Source: Desulfomonilia bacterium
GTDB lineage: Bacteria > Desulfobacterota > Desulfomonilia > UBA1062
Assembly (NCBI GenBank): GCA_963664325.2
Contig: CAXXDQ010000004.1
Location: forward strand, 192,001-256,000
Length of the DNA: 64,000 nucleotides
Reading direction: 5' to 3'
The first letter of the stretch is position 1. Each line of letters opens with the position of its first letter. Made by a program: the position numbers and the translations under genes. Shown here piece after piece: positions 28,367 through 38,610 of this stretch. A model generated the notes under the pieces. It ran no database searches, was not told the origin of the DNA, and was given only the letters and a program-made list of their open reading frames with translations.

Positions 28367-30847
28367 TTATAACGCGCTGTATTGTCTATGAGCAGGTACT
28401 CCCACCTTCGCCGACCCCGACAGCAGTATATACGGATAGCTGAACACCATCGCATCATTTCTCATTTCTTCCGGCGGTGCTTCGCCATCAAACGGTGCGA
28501 TCATGAGCGAGAACTTCTGAATACGGCCGTTATAGGAAGGCGCATAGGGCTTGATGTGGTCCGCTGCCGAGGCATAGACAACGGCCAGTTTGCCCAGGCC
28601 GGTCTTCGCTGTCGGGTAGCTCCACTGCCTGCCCCAGTAGCTGCCGAAAGGGTTTAAAAAAATCCTGGTCCGGCCCTGCTCCAGTCTTGTGCGCATCGGG
28701 CAGAAGGCGAACGAACTCGATACGTCGGCGCTTTGCGCAAGAAGGACCCCGCCGGTTCTGTCCGAGACCGCAATCCAGGCGTTTGTTATATGGTTGTTGA
28801 ACGAGTCGATTTCGGGGTTATTCGAACATTCGCCATAGTTCAGTTCATATGAGCTCACATGCCCGAAATAGTTGTGCTTTATTACCCTGAGAGGTGCGCC
28901 TCCCCGGCCGTAAAGCGCGGGCGTTATCTCGCAGGGCATGACCTCAAGCCACCTGGCGTCCCAGGCCTGCTGAAGCCTTTGGGCCTTGCCCTTGTCATAG
29001 CCTTTATCCGGCGTCTTCGGATACCTTACTGTCATGTTCAGGTAGATGTACGGCAGGTTTGAAGCAAGGATTATCTCGCGCTCGAATTCTACAATCTTGA
29101 GCCCGTCCGCATCGAAGGCCAGGCTCCCGGCCATTTTTTTTACGCCTATCACGCCGGGTGAGAACGAGGATGAAACGCTCCACGAGTTCACTTCCAGGCG
29201 CTTTCCGTCATATGTGACGCCGCTGTTCATAAAGAGGCCCGGCGATATTTCCTTATTCCTTGCCTTGATGCTCTTTACATTCCCCATGGCATCAAAGCCT
29301 ATTTTTATAAGGCCGTTATCCATCCCGTCTTCAGTTACCGTTACCGGATTTTCAGGCGGCACTGCGGATCTGCCCTCTGAAATCGTATATGATTTTTTCC
29401 CGAGCTTCTCCATGTTCTCGACGAAATACAGGTGCCCGTCATGCACCGCCGCCTGTATTTCAGCGCCGCCGCAGGCAAGGCTGCCGGTCTCAAGGCTTAC
29501 CGGGACTTTGACAAGCGCTTTCGAGGGCCTTGCTTCATAGACAGTAGACCCGCGTGATATGCCCCTTAAATAATCCGAGATCATGAACGTGTCATCTTCC
29601 GGTTTCGCAACTGTTAGTAAGGCTTCATTGAAGGCGTCAGCAGCGGAGTTGACCGCTGTCCACACAAGGCTCGATGCGGTCCTCAGCCGGGTAAGGTTCA
29701 TGACAGGCGCGGCCATTCCGAAATGGGTCGTTGAAAGGGCCTTGATGCGTGCGTCGAACGCTTCGGCCAGGTATTTACCGATTTTGCCGGACATGCTCTC
29801 AAGCCCGGCCATGCCTGCAAGGTGTCTGGCCTGAAGCTCCAGAATCCTCGAGCGTTCTATGCCGGTCCAGAGCGCGTGGTTGTCCCATTTCTCCGCCCAG
29901 CTTGAAAGCCCGTCAAAGCTTCCGTCGGCAGTATCCTGGCCAAAGGTTATGCTGCCTTCCGCCTCATGCGTTTCAAGGTAGCGCCCGGGCGTCGTGAACT
30001 CGACATAATCGAGAGGGCTTATGCTTTTTACCAGGCCCCTCAACCCCTGCGCAGTCGCCAGCAGGTTCTTCAACACAGGCACATCGAAGCCGGACCAGAA
30101 TTCGTCATCCGCATCCATGTCGATTATAAGAAGAAGGTCTTTCGGCTCTTTCAGGGCGAGCTGTTTTTTCCTGAGCGATTTGACCCAGTTTTTCAAGCCC
30201 AGGTTATCGATCAGGTCTCCGGCGTTGTAACAGGGCAGAAGAGTCATCCCGCCCTCGATCCCGGGATATGTGAGCTTAAGGGGATTGTACCTTTCGACAA
30301 GAGAGAGCAGGGGTATGAAAGTGCTGAAGCAGTTGAACGGTATCGAGGAATAGAAGAGGCTGATTGTGTTGATCCCGTACTTCGGGTAAAGCCTTATGTG
30401 CGAAGGCGTGAACATCATCTCCTGGGGCCTGACGATGGGTTTGACACTTTCGCCGAACAGGTCTCTCAGGCCGGAACCTTCCGGGTTCGTTATCGCCCGG
30501 CCGATTGCAGCGTCGAACTCGGCGGCAGTGCTGGCCGAAACGAGACCGTTGTTGTAGGACATGTATTCTATCTCGTCCATTCCTGACGCGACCCTGCGCT
30601 TGAACCCTTCGATAATGTCCGGACAGTGGGCGGGCATGATCTTTTCAAGCGAGAAGTAGTTTTCGAAATCCCATGTCCCGCGCACCGCGATGCCTTCAGC
30701 GTTCAGATCGTCGAGGGTTTTTATGGTCTTCCTGATGATGCGGATGTCCTTGCCGAACCCGAGTTCGTCCGGCGTGTCGCCCCTGTAAGAATGGTAGAAA
30801 TTCCCGTGGAACCTGAACGAAACGAATATTTTTGCAGGCATTCTCAC
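28367..30847 (-). CDS. GH57/GH38-like glycoside hydrolase with C-terminal beta-sandwich
   Basis: N-terminal FHGNFYHSY, RPQEM, DMDADDEFW, SSW motifs suggest a (beta/alpha)7 barrel. Confidence 0.55.
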   Translation of the reverse strand: MRMPAKIFVSFRFHGNFYHSYRGDTPDELGFGKDIRIIRKTIKTLDDLNAEGIAVRGTWDFENYFSLEKIMPAHCPDIIEGFKRRVASGMDEIEYMSYNNGLVSASTAAEFDAAIGRAITNPEGSGLRDLFGESVKPIVRPQEMMFTPSHIRLYPKYGINTISLFYSSIPFNCFSTFIPLLSLVERYNPLKLTYPGIEGGMTLLPCYNAGDLIDNLGLKNWVKSLRKKQLALKEPKDLLLIIDMDADDEFWSGFDVPVLKNLLATAQGLRGLVKSISPLDYVEFTTPGRYLETHEAEGSITFGQDTADGSFDGLSSWAEKWDNHALWTGIERSRILELQARHLAGMAGLESMSGKIGKYLAEAFDARIKALSTTHFGMAAPVMNLTRLRTASSLVWTAVNSAADAFNEALLTVAKPEDDTFMISDYLRGISRGSTVYEARPSKALVKVPVSLETGSLACGGAEIQAAVHDGHLYFVENMEKLGKKSYTISEGRSAVPPENPVTVTEDGMDNGLIKIGFDAMGNVKSIKARNKEISPGLFMNSGVTYDGKRLEVNSWSVSSSFSPGVIGVKKMAGSLAFDADGLKIVEFEREIILASNLPYIYLNMTVRYPKTPDKGYDKGKAQRLQQAWDARWLEVMPCEITPALYGRGGAPLRVIKHNYFGHVSSYELNYGECSNNPEIDSFNNHITNAWIAVSDRTGGVLLAQSADVSSSFAFCPMRTRLEQGRTRIFLNPFGSYWGRQWSYPTAKTGLGKLAVVYASAADHIKPYAPSYNGRIQKFSLMIAPFDGEAPPEEMRNDAMVFSYPYILLSGSAKVGVPAHRQYSAL

Positions 30848-30848
30848 C

Positions 30849-32060
30849 TCAGAAAACGATTGCGGTCTTCATGGCGCGGTTCTTCCCCTTAAAGAGATTG
30901 ACCTCTATCATGTCGCGGTATCTCTCTATCGGAAACTTGTGCGTCAGCATATCCTCCACGAAAACCCTGCCCTCTCTGATCAGATCAAGCGCATACTCGA
31001 ACACATGCTTCGGACCGGTTTCGGTCATGGCAGTGCCGTATGCATAGACGCCTTTTATGGTCTGGAGCTTGAGCCATAAGGGCGTCGGGTCGAATGTGAC
31101 CTTGTTTCCTATGCCCACGAGGCTTACTGTCCCGCCCGCGGCAGTTGCTATGAGCGACGCCTGAAGGGTGGGCGAATGGCCCACGGTATCGTACACGCGC
31201 TCGAACCCGCCCTGTAGGATGCGCTGGCCTATCAGAGGCTTGTATGACCTTGCACCGGTAACTTTTTCCGCGGTCTCCAGTATGCCTTCTGCGGTCACAT
31301 GATCCGCGCCGGATTTTTTCACATATTCCGCCGCAAAGGGCGATGGCTCGATTACGGTGATATTGCAGGCGATGCCCAGGCCGCGAATGGCCTTGACTAT
31401 CATCGCGCCTATTACGCCGCCACCTATGACTAGCACTTTTTCTCCGTCAGCAGGCCTGTTGTCCAGAACTGCCTGGAGCGCAACTGCCAGGGGCTCGGTG
31501 AGCGTCGCTGATTCCGCGCTTACGCCTTCGGGCACGCGGTGGATCTGGCTTTTGTGCGCAACCATGTACCCGGCGAAACCGCCCCCTCTTTCCCTGCACA
31601 TGCCCATGAACATACCGGGCGGCAGGCTTCCTTCCGCCAGGTTCTCGCAGTTTCCGGGCCGTCCGGCGCGGCACGCGCTACATTCGGGTGTGATGCCCCG
31701 TATTCTGCAGCCGAGCATGGGCTCGACCGTCACCAGATCTCCTGTTTTGCAGACATCGACATCGCCGCCCGCTTCAATGACCTCTCCGCAAAGCTCGTGG
31801 CCTATAACCGCCGGGAACGAGGTAAAGGGCGATGCCATGAGCGAGTCCCTCAGGAACATGAGGTTGAGGTCGCTCCCGCAGAAACCGCACAGCTTTACCT
31901 TTATCTTTACCCATTCGGGAGACGGGATCATAGGTTCAGGCACGTCGTCAAGCGAAAGAAGGGACAGCGGACTTTTATAATATAGATCATGCTTCAGGCC
32001 GCCCAGCAGTTTGAGGCCTATTATCTTCGGTATCGAGTCCCTGAATACGAGCGCCTTCAC
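30849..32060 (-). CDS. Zn-dependent medium-chain alcohol dehydrogenase
   Basis: CGSD, GHE, Cys cluster, GGGVIG. Confidence 0.9.
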   Translation of the reverse strand: MKALVFRDSIPKIIGLKLLGGLKHDLYYKSPLSLLSLDDVPEPMIPSPEWVKIKVKLCGFCGSDLNLMFLRDSLMASPFTSFPAVIGHELCGEVIEAGGDVDVCKTGDLVTVEPMLGCRIRGITPECSACRAGRPGNCENLAEGSLPPGMFMGMCRERGGGFAGYMVAHKSQIHRVPEGVSAESATLTEPLAVALQAVLDNRPADGEKVLVIGGGVIGAMIVKAIRGLGIACNITVIEPSPFAAEYVKKSGADHVTAEGILETAEKVTGARSYKPLIGQRILQGGFERVYDTVGHSPTLQASLIATAAGGTVSLVGIGNKVTFDPTPLWLKLQTIKGVYAYGTAMTETGPKHVFEYALDLIREGRVFVEDMLTHKFPIERYRDMIEVNLFKGKNRAMKTAIVF

Positions 32061-32064
32061 CGCC

Positions 32065-33738
32065 TTACCCCATCTTGAGCGACTGGTAGAAGAGCGGTGT
32101 GGCAGGGCTTGTTGCGGTCGGGTCGGTCATCACGTTTATGCAGGCTGGTTTGCCGGACTTGAACGCGCGCTCTATGGCCGGGATGATATCCTCGTCCTTG
32201 GTGACGAACTCTCCATAGCCGCCCAGACCCTCGACCATCTTCTCGTAATGCCTTGCGCCCAGTTCCGAGCAGACAAGGCGGTCACTGCCTATGGAGAGCT
32301 CCTGGCTGTGCTTTATCATGCCCCAGGCGCAGTCGTTGTTGACCACGCATACTATTGGTATGTTGTGCCGGACCGCTGTATCGAACTCCATGGCGTTGAA
32401 GCCGAACGATCCGTCGCCGTTCAGCAGCACGACCTTCTTGTCAGGGTTGGCGATCTTGGCGCCTATTGCGAACGGAATGCCCGTGCCCAGGCAGCCGAGC
32501 AGCCCGGATGCAGTTCCGATCACGCCAGCCTTGTTCCTGGAGGTAAACCCGACCAGGCCGAAATAAACGGTGTCGCCGCCGTCGGCCATGTAGATCGCGT
32601 CCTCGCCGACCGCCTTCTGTATCTGCGCCACGAGGCGTATTGGGTGTATGGGATCGGACGGGGCATTGCGCAGCTTGAGCTCGCTTTCAATGAATGCATG
32701 ACTCGCCGCACGCAGGTCCGAGACCCACGAATCGTGGTTCTTCTTCTTTACCGTTCGCGCCAGCTGGTCCAGGACGGAAGCCGCATCGCCCACGAGGCCG
32801 ACGTCGGCCTGCCGGTTGCGGTCGATCTCGACCGGATCGATGTCGATGCGCACCACCTTGACATTGGGCGGAATGACCTGGCCGGACTGGAGAAGCCAGT
32901 TGAATCGTACGCCCGTTGCGACAAGGACGTCGGTCTGGCCGATACCCAGCAGGAGCCCGGTATTCCCGACGTCCCATATCGAAAGCGGATGATTGTCGGG
33001 CAGCTCGCCCCGCCCGAAGTTCATTATTATGAAAGGCATGCCGGTCTTCTCGATAAATCGCCCCAGGGCGTCTGATGCATTGCTGAACCGGAGTCCGCTT
33101 CCGCCAAGGAACAGTGGCCTTTTGGCCTTATCTATGATTTCGGCCGCTTCCCTTATAGCAGAATCATCCGGCCGCACTGAAAACTTCCGCATCTTGTGCG
33201 GGGGCATAAAGACGTCCTTTATCGCTATCTTTACGTTGAGGATATCGGGCGGAAGCTCCAGGAAGACCGGGCCGGGTCTGCCCTCCTCCGCATGCCTGAA
33301 CGCCATGGCCAGGTATTCGGGAATGCGCTTCGTCTCGTGGCAGGTGGCGCACCATTTCACTATCGGCTTTACGATGTCGAGCTGGTTAATCTCCTGCAGC
33401 GCGCCCTTAAGGTCGTCCCTGAGCGGGTGCTTTCCGCACAGCACCACAAGTGGGGCGTTATCCAGGCATGCGTTTGCAATGCCTGTTATCGCGTTGGTGA
33501 ATCCCGGTCCTGCCGTAACGAGGCACACACCCGTCTTGCCCGTATAAAGCGACCACGCCTCGGCCATCATGGCAGCAGCCTGCTCGTGGCGCACGTCGAT
33601 GGTGCGGAGCCTGTATTCGGTAAAACCGTCCAGAATCTGTTCGATATGCCCGCCGGAAAGGGCGAACACCGTATCTATATTTTCGATCTCTTTAAGGTAT
33701 TTGGCAACCAGATGGCCGCCCGGTATCATCTGTGTCAT
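32065..33738 (-). CDS. ThDP-dependent enzyme (acetolactate synthase/2-hydroxyacyl-CoA lyase family)
   Basis: RHEQAA, TAGPG, RPGPV, GDGSFG...NN ThDP motif. Confidence 0.9.
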   Translation of the reverse strand: MTQMIPGGHLVAKYLKEIENIDTVFALSGGHIEQILDGFTEYRLRTIDVRHEQAAAMMAEAWSLYTGKTGVCLVTAGPGFTNAITGIANACLDNAPLVVLCGKHPLRDDLKGALQEINQLDIVKPIVKWCATCHETKRIPEYLAMAFRHAEEGRPGPVFLELPPDILNVKIAIKDVFMPPHKMRKFSVRPDDSAIREAAEIIDKAKRPLFLGGSGLRFSNASDALGRFIEKTGMPFIIMNFGRGELPDNHPLSIWDVGNTGLLLGIGQTDVLVATGVRFNWLLQSGQVIPPNVKVVRIDIDPVEIDRNRQADVGLVGDAASVLDQLARTVKKKNHDSWVSDLRAASHAFIESELKLRNAPSDPIHPIRLVAQIQKAVGEDAIYMADGGDTVYFGLVGFTSRNKAGVIGTASGLLGCLGTGIPFAIGAKIANPDKKVVLLNGDGSFGFNAMEFDTAVRHNIPIVCVVNNDCAWGMIKHSQELSIGSDRLVCSELGARHYEKMVEGLGGYGEFVTKDEDIIPAIERAFKSGKPACINVMTDPTATSPATPLFYQSLKMG

Positions 33739-33800
33739 TGATTTCCTCCTCTTTTGGTTCTTGAGCTTTTATACATTTCGATGCGCCGTGATCAGCCTGA

Positions 33801-34154
33801 TCATGTGAGCTTAACGCCGTCGTTGAACCACTGGATGTAGTAGGCCATGCCTTCCACCCTGATCTTGCCCTTGGCCGCGGCCTTGAACGTCGCCTTGTCG
33901 CTGCCCGAGATCATGACCTTGAGCGCGGTGGGGACGTCCGACCAAACGAGCGCGGCATCGCAGGCATGATTTGCTCCTGCTCGCGAGGTCACCTTGCCCC
34001 TGTCAAAAATAAAAAGCCGCCCGCGTTTTCCGTCCGCCGTTTTTATAAGGATTTTCAGGCGAATGGTTCCGATATAACCCTGAAATGCAGGATTGTTCCG
34101 GGATGCCAGCCAGAGTTTCAGATAGAGGACAAACAAAAGCGCTGAAAGGGGCAT
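33801..34154 (-). CDS. Small SCP2-like hypothetical protein
   Basis: RBS GGAGG; C-terminal A...GKIRVEG pattern typical of the SCP2 fold. Confidence 0.55.
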   Translation of the reverse strand: MPLSALLFVLYLKLWLASRNNPAFQGYIGTIRLKILIKTADGKRGRLFIFDRGKVTSRAGANHACDAALVWSDVPTALKVMISGSDKATFKAAAKGKIRVEGMAYYIQWFNDGVKLT

Positions 34155-34221
34155 ATATACCTCCAATTTTTAGTAGTCTGGTCTAAGGCCGGCCGTTTTG
34201 AAAAACGGTTTTCCGGCCGGT

Positions 34222-35205
34222 TTAATTCCTTATGCCGTAGTGTTCCTTCACCCAGGGGCCGATTTTGAGCATGGCATCGGGATAAGAGACCGTTGTCTTC
34301 CATCCCAGCTCCTCTTTGGCAAGCGAATTGTCGACATCCATATCACGCCCCATGATGTCGACCGACATGCGAGTAATGGGCGGACGGATGCCAAGGGGAG
34401 TGAAGACCATGTCGCACACCCACGCAACCGCCCTGGCCATGCGATAGGGGATGGCAGGCCCCGGCTTCTTTCCTATGAGCGCCCCCAGATCGGTAACATA
34501 CCGCTTCCAGGTAACATCCCAGTCGTCGCGCAGCTGATAGATTTTGCCTCTGGCGATATCCTTTGTCCCTGCGAGAATGATTCCATCTACCAGGTTGTCT
34601 ACATAGATCAGGCTGGCGCTGTAGCGGCCACCGTCAAAGAGCGGCACGGGCATGCTCAGCATTCTATCCACGATATCACGCACCCAGACGCTGCCCGGGC
34701 CGGTAACGTTGGCGGGACGTATTATGGTGCACGCGATCCTGCCTGCATTGTGGGCCCTCATCACGAGCCCTTCAGCATCGAGCTTGGCGTCGCCATAGGG
34801 CAGTCCGCATTTTACGGGCGTATCGCATTCTCTGAAACCCTTTATATGGCGTGCAAAGCCGATTGCGGCAATTGAGCTGATATAGACAAAACGGGAGGCA
34901 TGGCCGATGGAGGCTTCCAGAATATGCCCGGTGGCGTCAAAGATGGCCGTGTAAAAAAGCTCTTTTCTGCCCCAGTCCGTGACGCGGCCTGCAAGGTGAA
35001 AGACCGTGTCAATTCCGTCGCATATTCCCCCAAGCGTTCCGGGCTGCAGGAGGTCGCCGCGCCTTACATCGCAGCCGAGCTTTTCCAGCTCCTCAGTATT
35101 TTCACCCGGCAGCGCCAGCGCCCGTACCGTATGGCCCTCTTTGAGCAATTCCCTTGTAAGGACTGAACCGATAAACCCTGTCGCCCCGGTAACCAACGAT
35201 CTCAT
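34222..35205 (-). CDS. NAD-dependent epimerase/dehydratase (extended SDR)
   Basis: TGATGFIG, HLAG, YGDAK (YxxxK). Confidence 0.9.
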   Translation of the reverse strand: MRSLVTGATGFIGSVLTRELLKEGHTVRALALPGENTEELEKLGCDVRRGDLLQPGTLGGICDGIDTVFHLAGRVTDWGRKELFYTAIFDATGHILEASIGHASRFVYISSIAAIGFARHIKGFRECDTPVKCGLPYGDAKLDAEGLVMRAHNAGRIACTIIRPANVTGPGSVWVRDIVDRMLSMPVPLFDGGRYSASLIYVDNLVDGIILAGTKDIARGKIYQLRDDWDVTWKRYVTDLGALIGKKPGPAIPYRMARAVAWVCDMVFTPLGIRPPITRMSVDIMGRDMDVDNSLAKEELGWKTTVSYPDAMLKIGPWVKEHYGIRN

Positions 35206-35422
35206 ACTCACCTCTCGGAAGTTTTCTGGCAAAGGGCATTATCCCACAGAGGGGCCTGGCTTACAAGCAAATGATTCCACGAGCCCGGGCATATATCCTT
35301 AATATTTCAAAGCCCTTCGAAAACATTTCATAAACGGTCTTCGCGCCTAAATATAATCTTTTATCTCATCATGAATGATGTTAATTTGCTTCTCATCAGA
35401 ATAAATTCCCCGGGAGCGGACA

Positions 35423-36712
35423 ATGAAGATTGCTGTAAGAGGCGCTTACATAGTGGAGAATGTGAACAAGATTTCGACAAACGGGTACGTGCTCATCGAG
35501 GACGGTAAAATTTCCGGCGTTACAAGCAAGTTGCCTGAAGGCGAATTCGAGGTGGTCGGCGGCAGGCACGATATTGTCATGCCCGGCCTTGTCAACGCGC
35601 ACACGCATGCCGCTATGACTCTCTTCAGGGGCATCGGGGATGACATGAAGCTGGAAGTGTGGTGGAACAAATACATGTTCCCGCTTGAAAAGAGGTTCGT
35701 GGACGAGGATTTCGAGTACCTGGGCATGATGCTCGCCTGCATCGAGATGATAAGGAGCGGAACGACCGCGTTCTGCGACGGCTACTTCTTCTCTGATGCC
35801 GGCGCAAAGGCAGTCAAGCAGGCAGGGCTCAGGGCATGGATCGGAGATGTCATCAGCATATACCCGACGCCTTCGGTGAAGGACCCGGCAGCGGCGTTCG
35901 AGACAACCGAGGGGATCATTTCAAGGTGGAAGGACGATGACATGGTGAAACCCACGGTCTTTCCACATGCAGTGTATACCAACGATCTGGAATATCTCGG
36001 GAAGGCCCACGAGCTGGCCTGCAAGCACGATGTAATACTGCAGACGCACATAAGTGAAACAGACCACGAGGTGAGGGAATGCAGGAAAAGGTTCGGCATG
36101 TCGCCCGTAAAAGCGTACGACAGCGTAGGATGCCTCTCCGACAGGGTGGTTGCCGCACACTGCGTGGCTGTTGACGACGAGGATATAAGCATTCTCGCGG
36201 ATAGAAAAGTGACGGTAGCGCATTGCGCAAAGAGCAACAAGAAGCTGGCCTCGGGGATCGCTCCCGTGGATAAAATGATGAAGGCGGGCGTCAGAATAGC
36301 GATAGGTACGGACGGCTGCGCCAGCAACAACAATCTTGACATGTTCAGCGAGATGTCCACGGCGGCGAAGCTCCACAAGGTCAGGAACCTCGATCCCACC
36401 GTCATGAGGGCCCACGATGTGCTCGAGATGGCGACAGTGAACGGCGCCCGCATGTTCAGGATAAAAAACGGAGGAAGGATCGAAAAGGGAAGCCCTGCGG
36501 ACATCATCGTTCTCGACGGAAATGCACCGAACCTGGTCCCTGTCTACAACCCGGTTTCGCATGCCATCTATGCCGCGCACGGTACGAACGTGAAGGACAC
36601 GATAATTGCGGGCAGGGTGGTGATGAAGAACTTCAAATGCCTGACCATCGACGAAAAGGCGGTCATCAGGGAATGCCGCAGGTTGCAGAAGAAGATCGCA
36701 AAAAATATTTGA
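35423..36712 (+). CDS. Amidohydrolase, MTA/SAH deaminase-like (copy 1)
   Basis: PGLVNAHTH, HISE, AAHC, GTDGCASNN. Confidence 0.88.
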   Translation: MKIAVRGAYIVENVNKISTNGYVLIEDGKISGVTSKLPEGEFEVVGGRHDIVMPGLVNAHTHAAMTLFRGIGDDMKLEVWWNKYMFPLEKRFVDEDFEYLGMMLACIEMIRSGTTAFCDGYFFSDAGAKAVKQAGLRAWIGDVISIYPTPSVKDPAAAFETTEGIISRWKDDDMVKPTVFPHAVYTNDLEYLGKAHELACKHDVILQTHISETDHEVRECRKRFGMSPVKAYDSVGCLSDRVVAAHCVAVDDEDISILADRKVTVAHCAKSNKKLASGIAPVDKMMKAGVRIAIGTDGCASNNNLDMFSEMSTAAKLHKVRNLDPTVMRAHDVLEMATVNGARMFRIKNGGRIEKGSPADIIVLDGNAPNLVPVYNPVSHAIYAAHGTNVKDTIIAGRVVMKNFKCLTIDEKAVIRECRRLQKKIAKNI

Positions 36713-36735
36713 CGATCTGAAGAGGAGTTCAATCC

Positions 36736-38034
36736 TTGAAAAGGCTGGCCGTTAAAGGGGCGTACATAATCAGGGAGCCGTCGGATTTCATAAAAGACGG
36801 TTACGTAATCGTGGATGGCGGTACGGTAACAGACATAACGACCGGACTGCCCGAAGGCGATTTCGAAATTATCGGCGGCGCCCATGATATAGTAATGCCC
36901 GGGCTCATCAATACACACGGCCATGCGCCCATGTCTTTATTGAGAGGTGTGGCCGATGACCTCAGGCTCGAGGACTGGCTCTTCAACCACATATTCCCGC
37001 TTGAGGCGAAATTTGCGGATACGGAATTCGTATATCTGGGCACGATGCTCTCGTGTCTTGAAATGATCCAGACAGGTACCACTGCCTTTGCCGACGGGTA
37101 CATGCTTTCGGATTATGTCGGAAAAGCGGCCGTGGAAGCAGGAATGAGGGCCTGGCTGGGCGAAGGTCTTATGAAATTTCCGACAAAATTCATTAAAGAC
37201 CCGGCAAAGGCCTTTGACAAACTTGAAGAATATGTTCTCGGATGGAAAAGTAACCCTTTCATCAGGCCGACCGTGTTCGCCCATTCGGTCTATAGCTGCG
37301 AACCCGCCCAGCTTCAAAGGCTTCAGGATTTCATAATAAAAAACGATATACTGATGCAAATTCACGTGAGCGAGACCGAAACAGAAGTTCGAAACTGCAT
37401 CAAGGAGCACGGCGTCACGCCCGTAGGACTTCTCGACAGACTGGGCTGCCTTTCGGATCGCATGATAGCCGTTCATTGCGTGGCGGTCGACGACAGCGAC
37501 ATTAAAATGCTGGCAAAGGCCGGGGTGTCCGTGGCCCACTGCCCGAGGAGCAACAAGAAGCTTGCTTCCGGTATAGCCCCGGTTGAAAAGATGGAAAAGG
37601 CCGGAATAAACGTCAGCCTGGGCACCGACGGCTGCGCCTCCAACAACAACCTGGACATGTTCCAGGAAATGTCAACGGCTGCAAAGCTCCACAAGGTGGA
37701 CAGCCTTGACCCGACCGTGCTCGGTGCTGCGGATGTGCTCCGGATGGCAACGCTGAACGCCGCAAAGGCTCTCCGGTTCGAAAAGGGCGGAAAGATTGAA
37801 AAGGGCGGTCCGGCCGACATCATAGTCCTGAACGGCAACGCGTCAAACCTGGTCCCTGTCTATAACCCTGTTTCGCATACGGTTTATGCTGCGCACGGCC
37901 TGAATGTAAAGCACTCGGTAATCGCAGGAAAGGTCGTAATGAAGGACTATAAATGCCTCACGATCGATGAAGGCGCGCTCATCGCAGAATGCCGCAAGGT
38001 AAGCGATAAAATTGCCGCGTATAGAAAACTCTGA
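36736..38034 (+). CDS. Amidohydrolase, MTA/SAH deaminase-like (copy 2)
   Basis: PGLINTHGH, HVSE, AVHC, GTDGCASNN; TTG start after AGAGGAG. Confidence 0.88.
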   Translation: MKRLAVKGAYIIREPSDFIKDGYVIVDGGTVTDITTGLPEGDFEIIGGAHDIVMPGLINTHGHAPMSLLRGVADDLRLEDWLFNHIFPLEAKFADTEFVYLGTMLSCLEMIQTGTTAFADGYMLSDYVGKAAVEAGMRAWLGEGLMKFPTKFIKDPAKAFDKLEEYVLGWKSNPFIRPTVFAHSVYSCEPAQLQRLQDFIIKNDILMQIHVSETETEVRNCIKEHGVTPVGLLDRLGCLSDRMIAVHCVAVDDSDIKMLAKAGVSVAHCPRSNKKLASGIAPVEKMEKAGINVSLGTDGCASNNNLDMFQEMSTAAKLHKVDSLDPTVLGAADVLRMATLNAAKALRFEKGGKIEKGGPADIIVLNGNASNLVPVYNPVSHTVYAAHGLNVKHSVIAGKVVMKDYKCLTIDEGALIAECRKVSDKIAAYRKL

Positions 38035-38173
38035 TCTTTCAGGCGCGTTTATATTTTACAACAACCACGGATAAGCCAATCCGGATTGTTCATCATCAAT
38101 TGCATTCTTTAATCTGTCAATTGCAGTTGCTGATTTCTCCGGATTATTATTCCGTGTACGTACGAACTGACAC

Positions 38174-38416
38174 CTAAAATCCGTTTCCTGATTTATCACA
38201 ACTACTCGAAGCAAGGTTTCCATCTGCTAAACATCCGTCACCTCCGGCGGAATTACCTGAAGAATCACAACCTGTACCGCCGGCAGAATTGCCTGTTGAA
38301 CAGAATGATGAATCGCCGCTGCCGGGGCCATAACAATCACCTTTTCCTTGATTATAATCATTCAAGTTATATGCATATGGTTTTTCATATACAGGCTTTT
38401 GGTTCTTTTCTTCCAC
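38174..38416 (-). CDS. Putative RiPP precursor peptide (80 aa, Cys/Gly/Ser-rich repeats)
   Basis: RBS GAGGAGAGG + GTG; leader KPVYEKP; five Cys spaced 11-12 aa in C-x2/3-G-N-x-A units. Confidence 0.7.
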   Translation of the reverse strand: MEEKNQKPVYEKPYAYNLNDYNQGKGDCYGPGSGDSSFCSTGNSAGGTGCDSSGNSAGGDGCLADGNLASSSCDKSGNGF

Positions 38417-38610
38417 TATCCTCTCCTCAGGAAACGTTTTTATTATGTTATCAAAATTACACGGTGTAATCAATACATCCAGCTCATACAAGGGCACAGA
38501 GTCTGTCACTGAATGCGCGGTAGCTTGCCTCCTGCTTTTCAATGGCCGAAGTTGCCGTACTCTGCGGGCAATGACTCTGAAACCCTCGCCCTCTTCGATA
38601 TTTAAAGCGG

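Noticed and set aside
32011-33075. Long antisense ORFs (also 1594-2379, 2732-3592, 7842-8651)
   Set aside because: Shadow frames of well-supported genes with GC-rich third positions; no motifs
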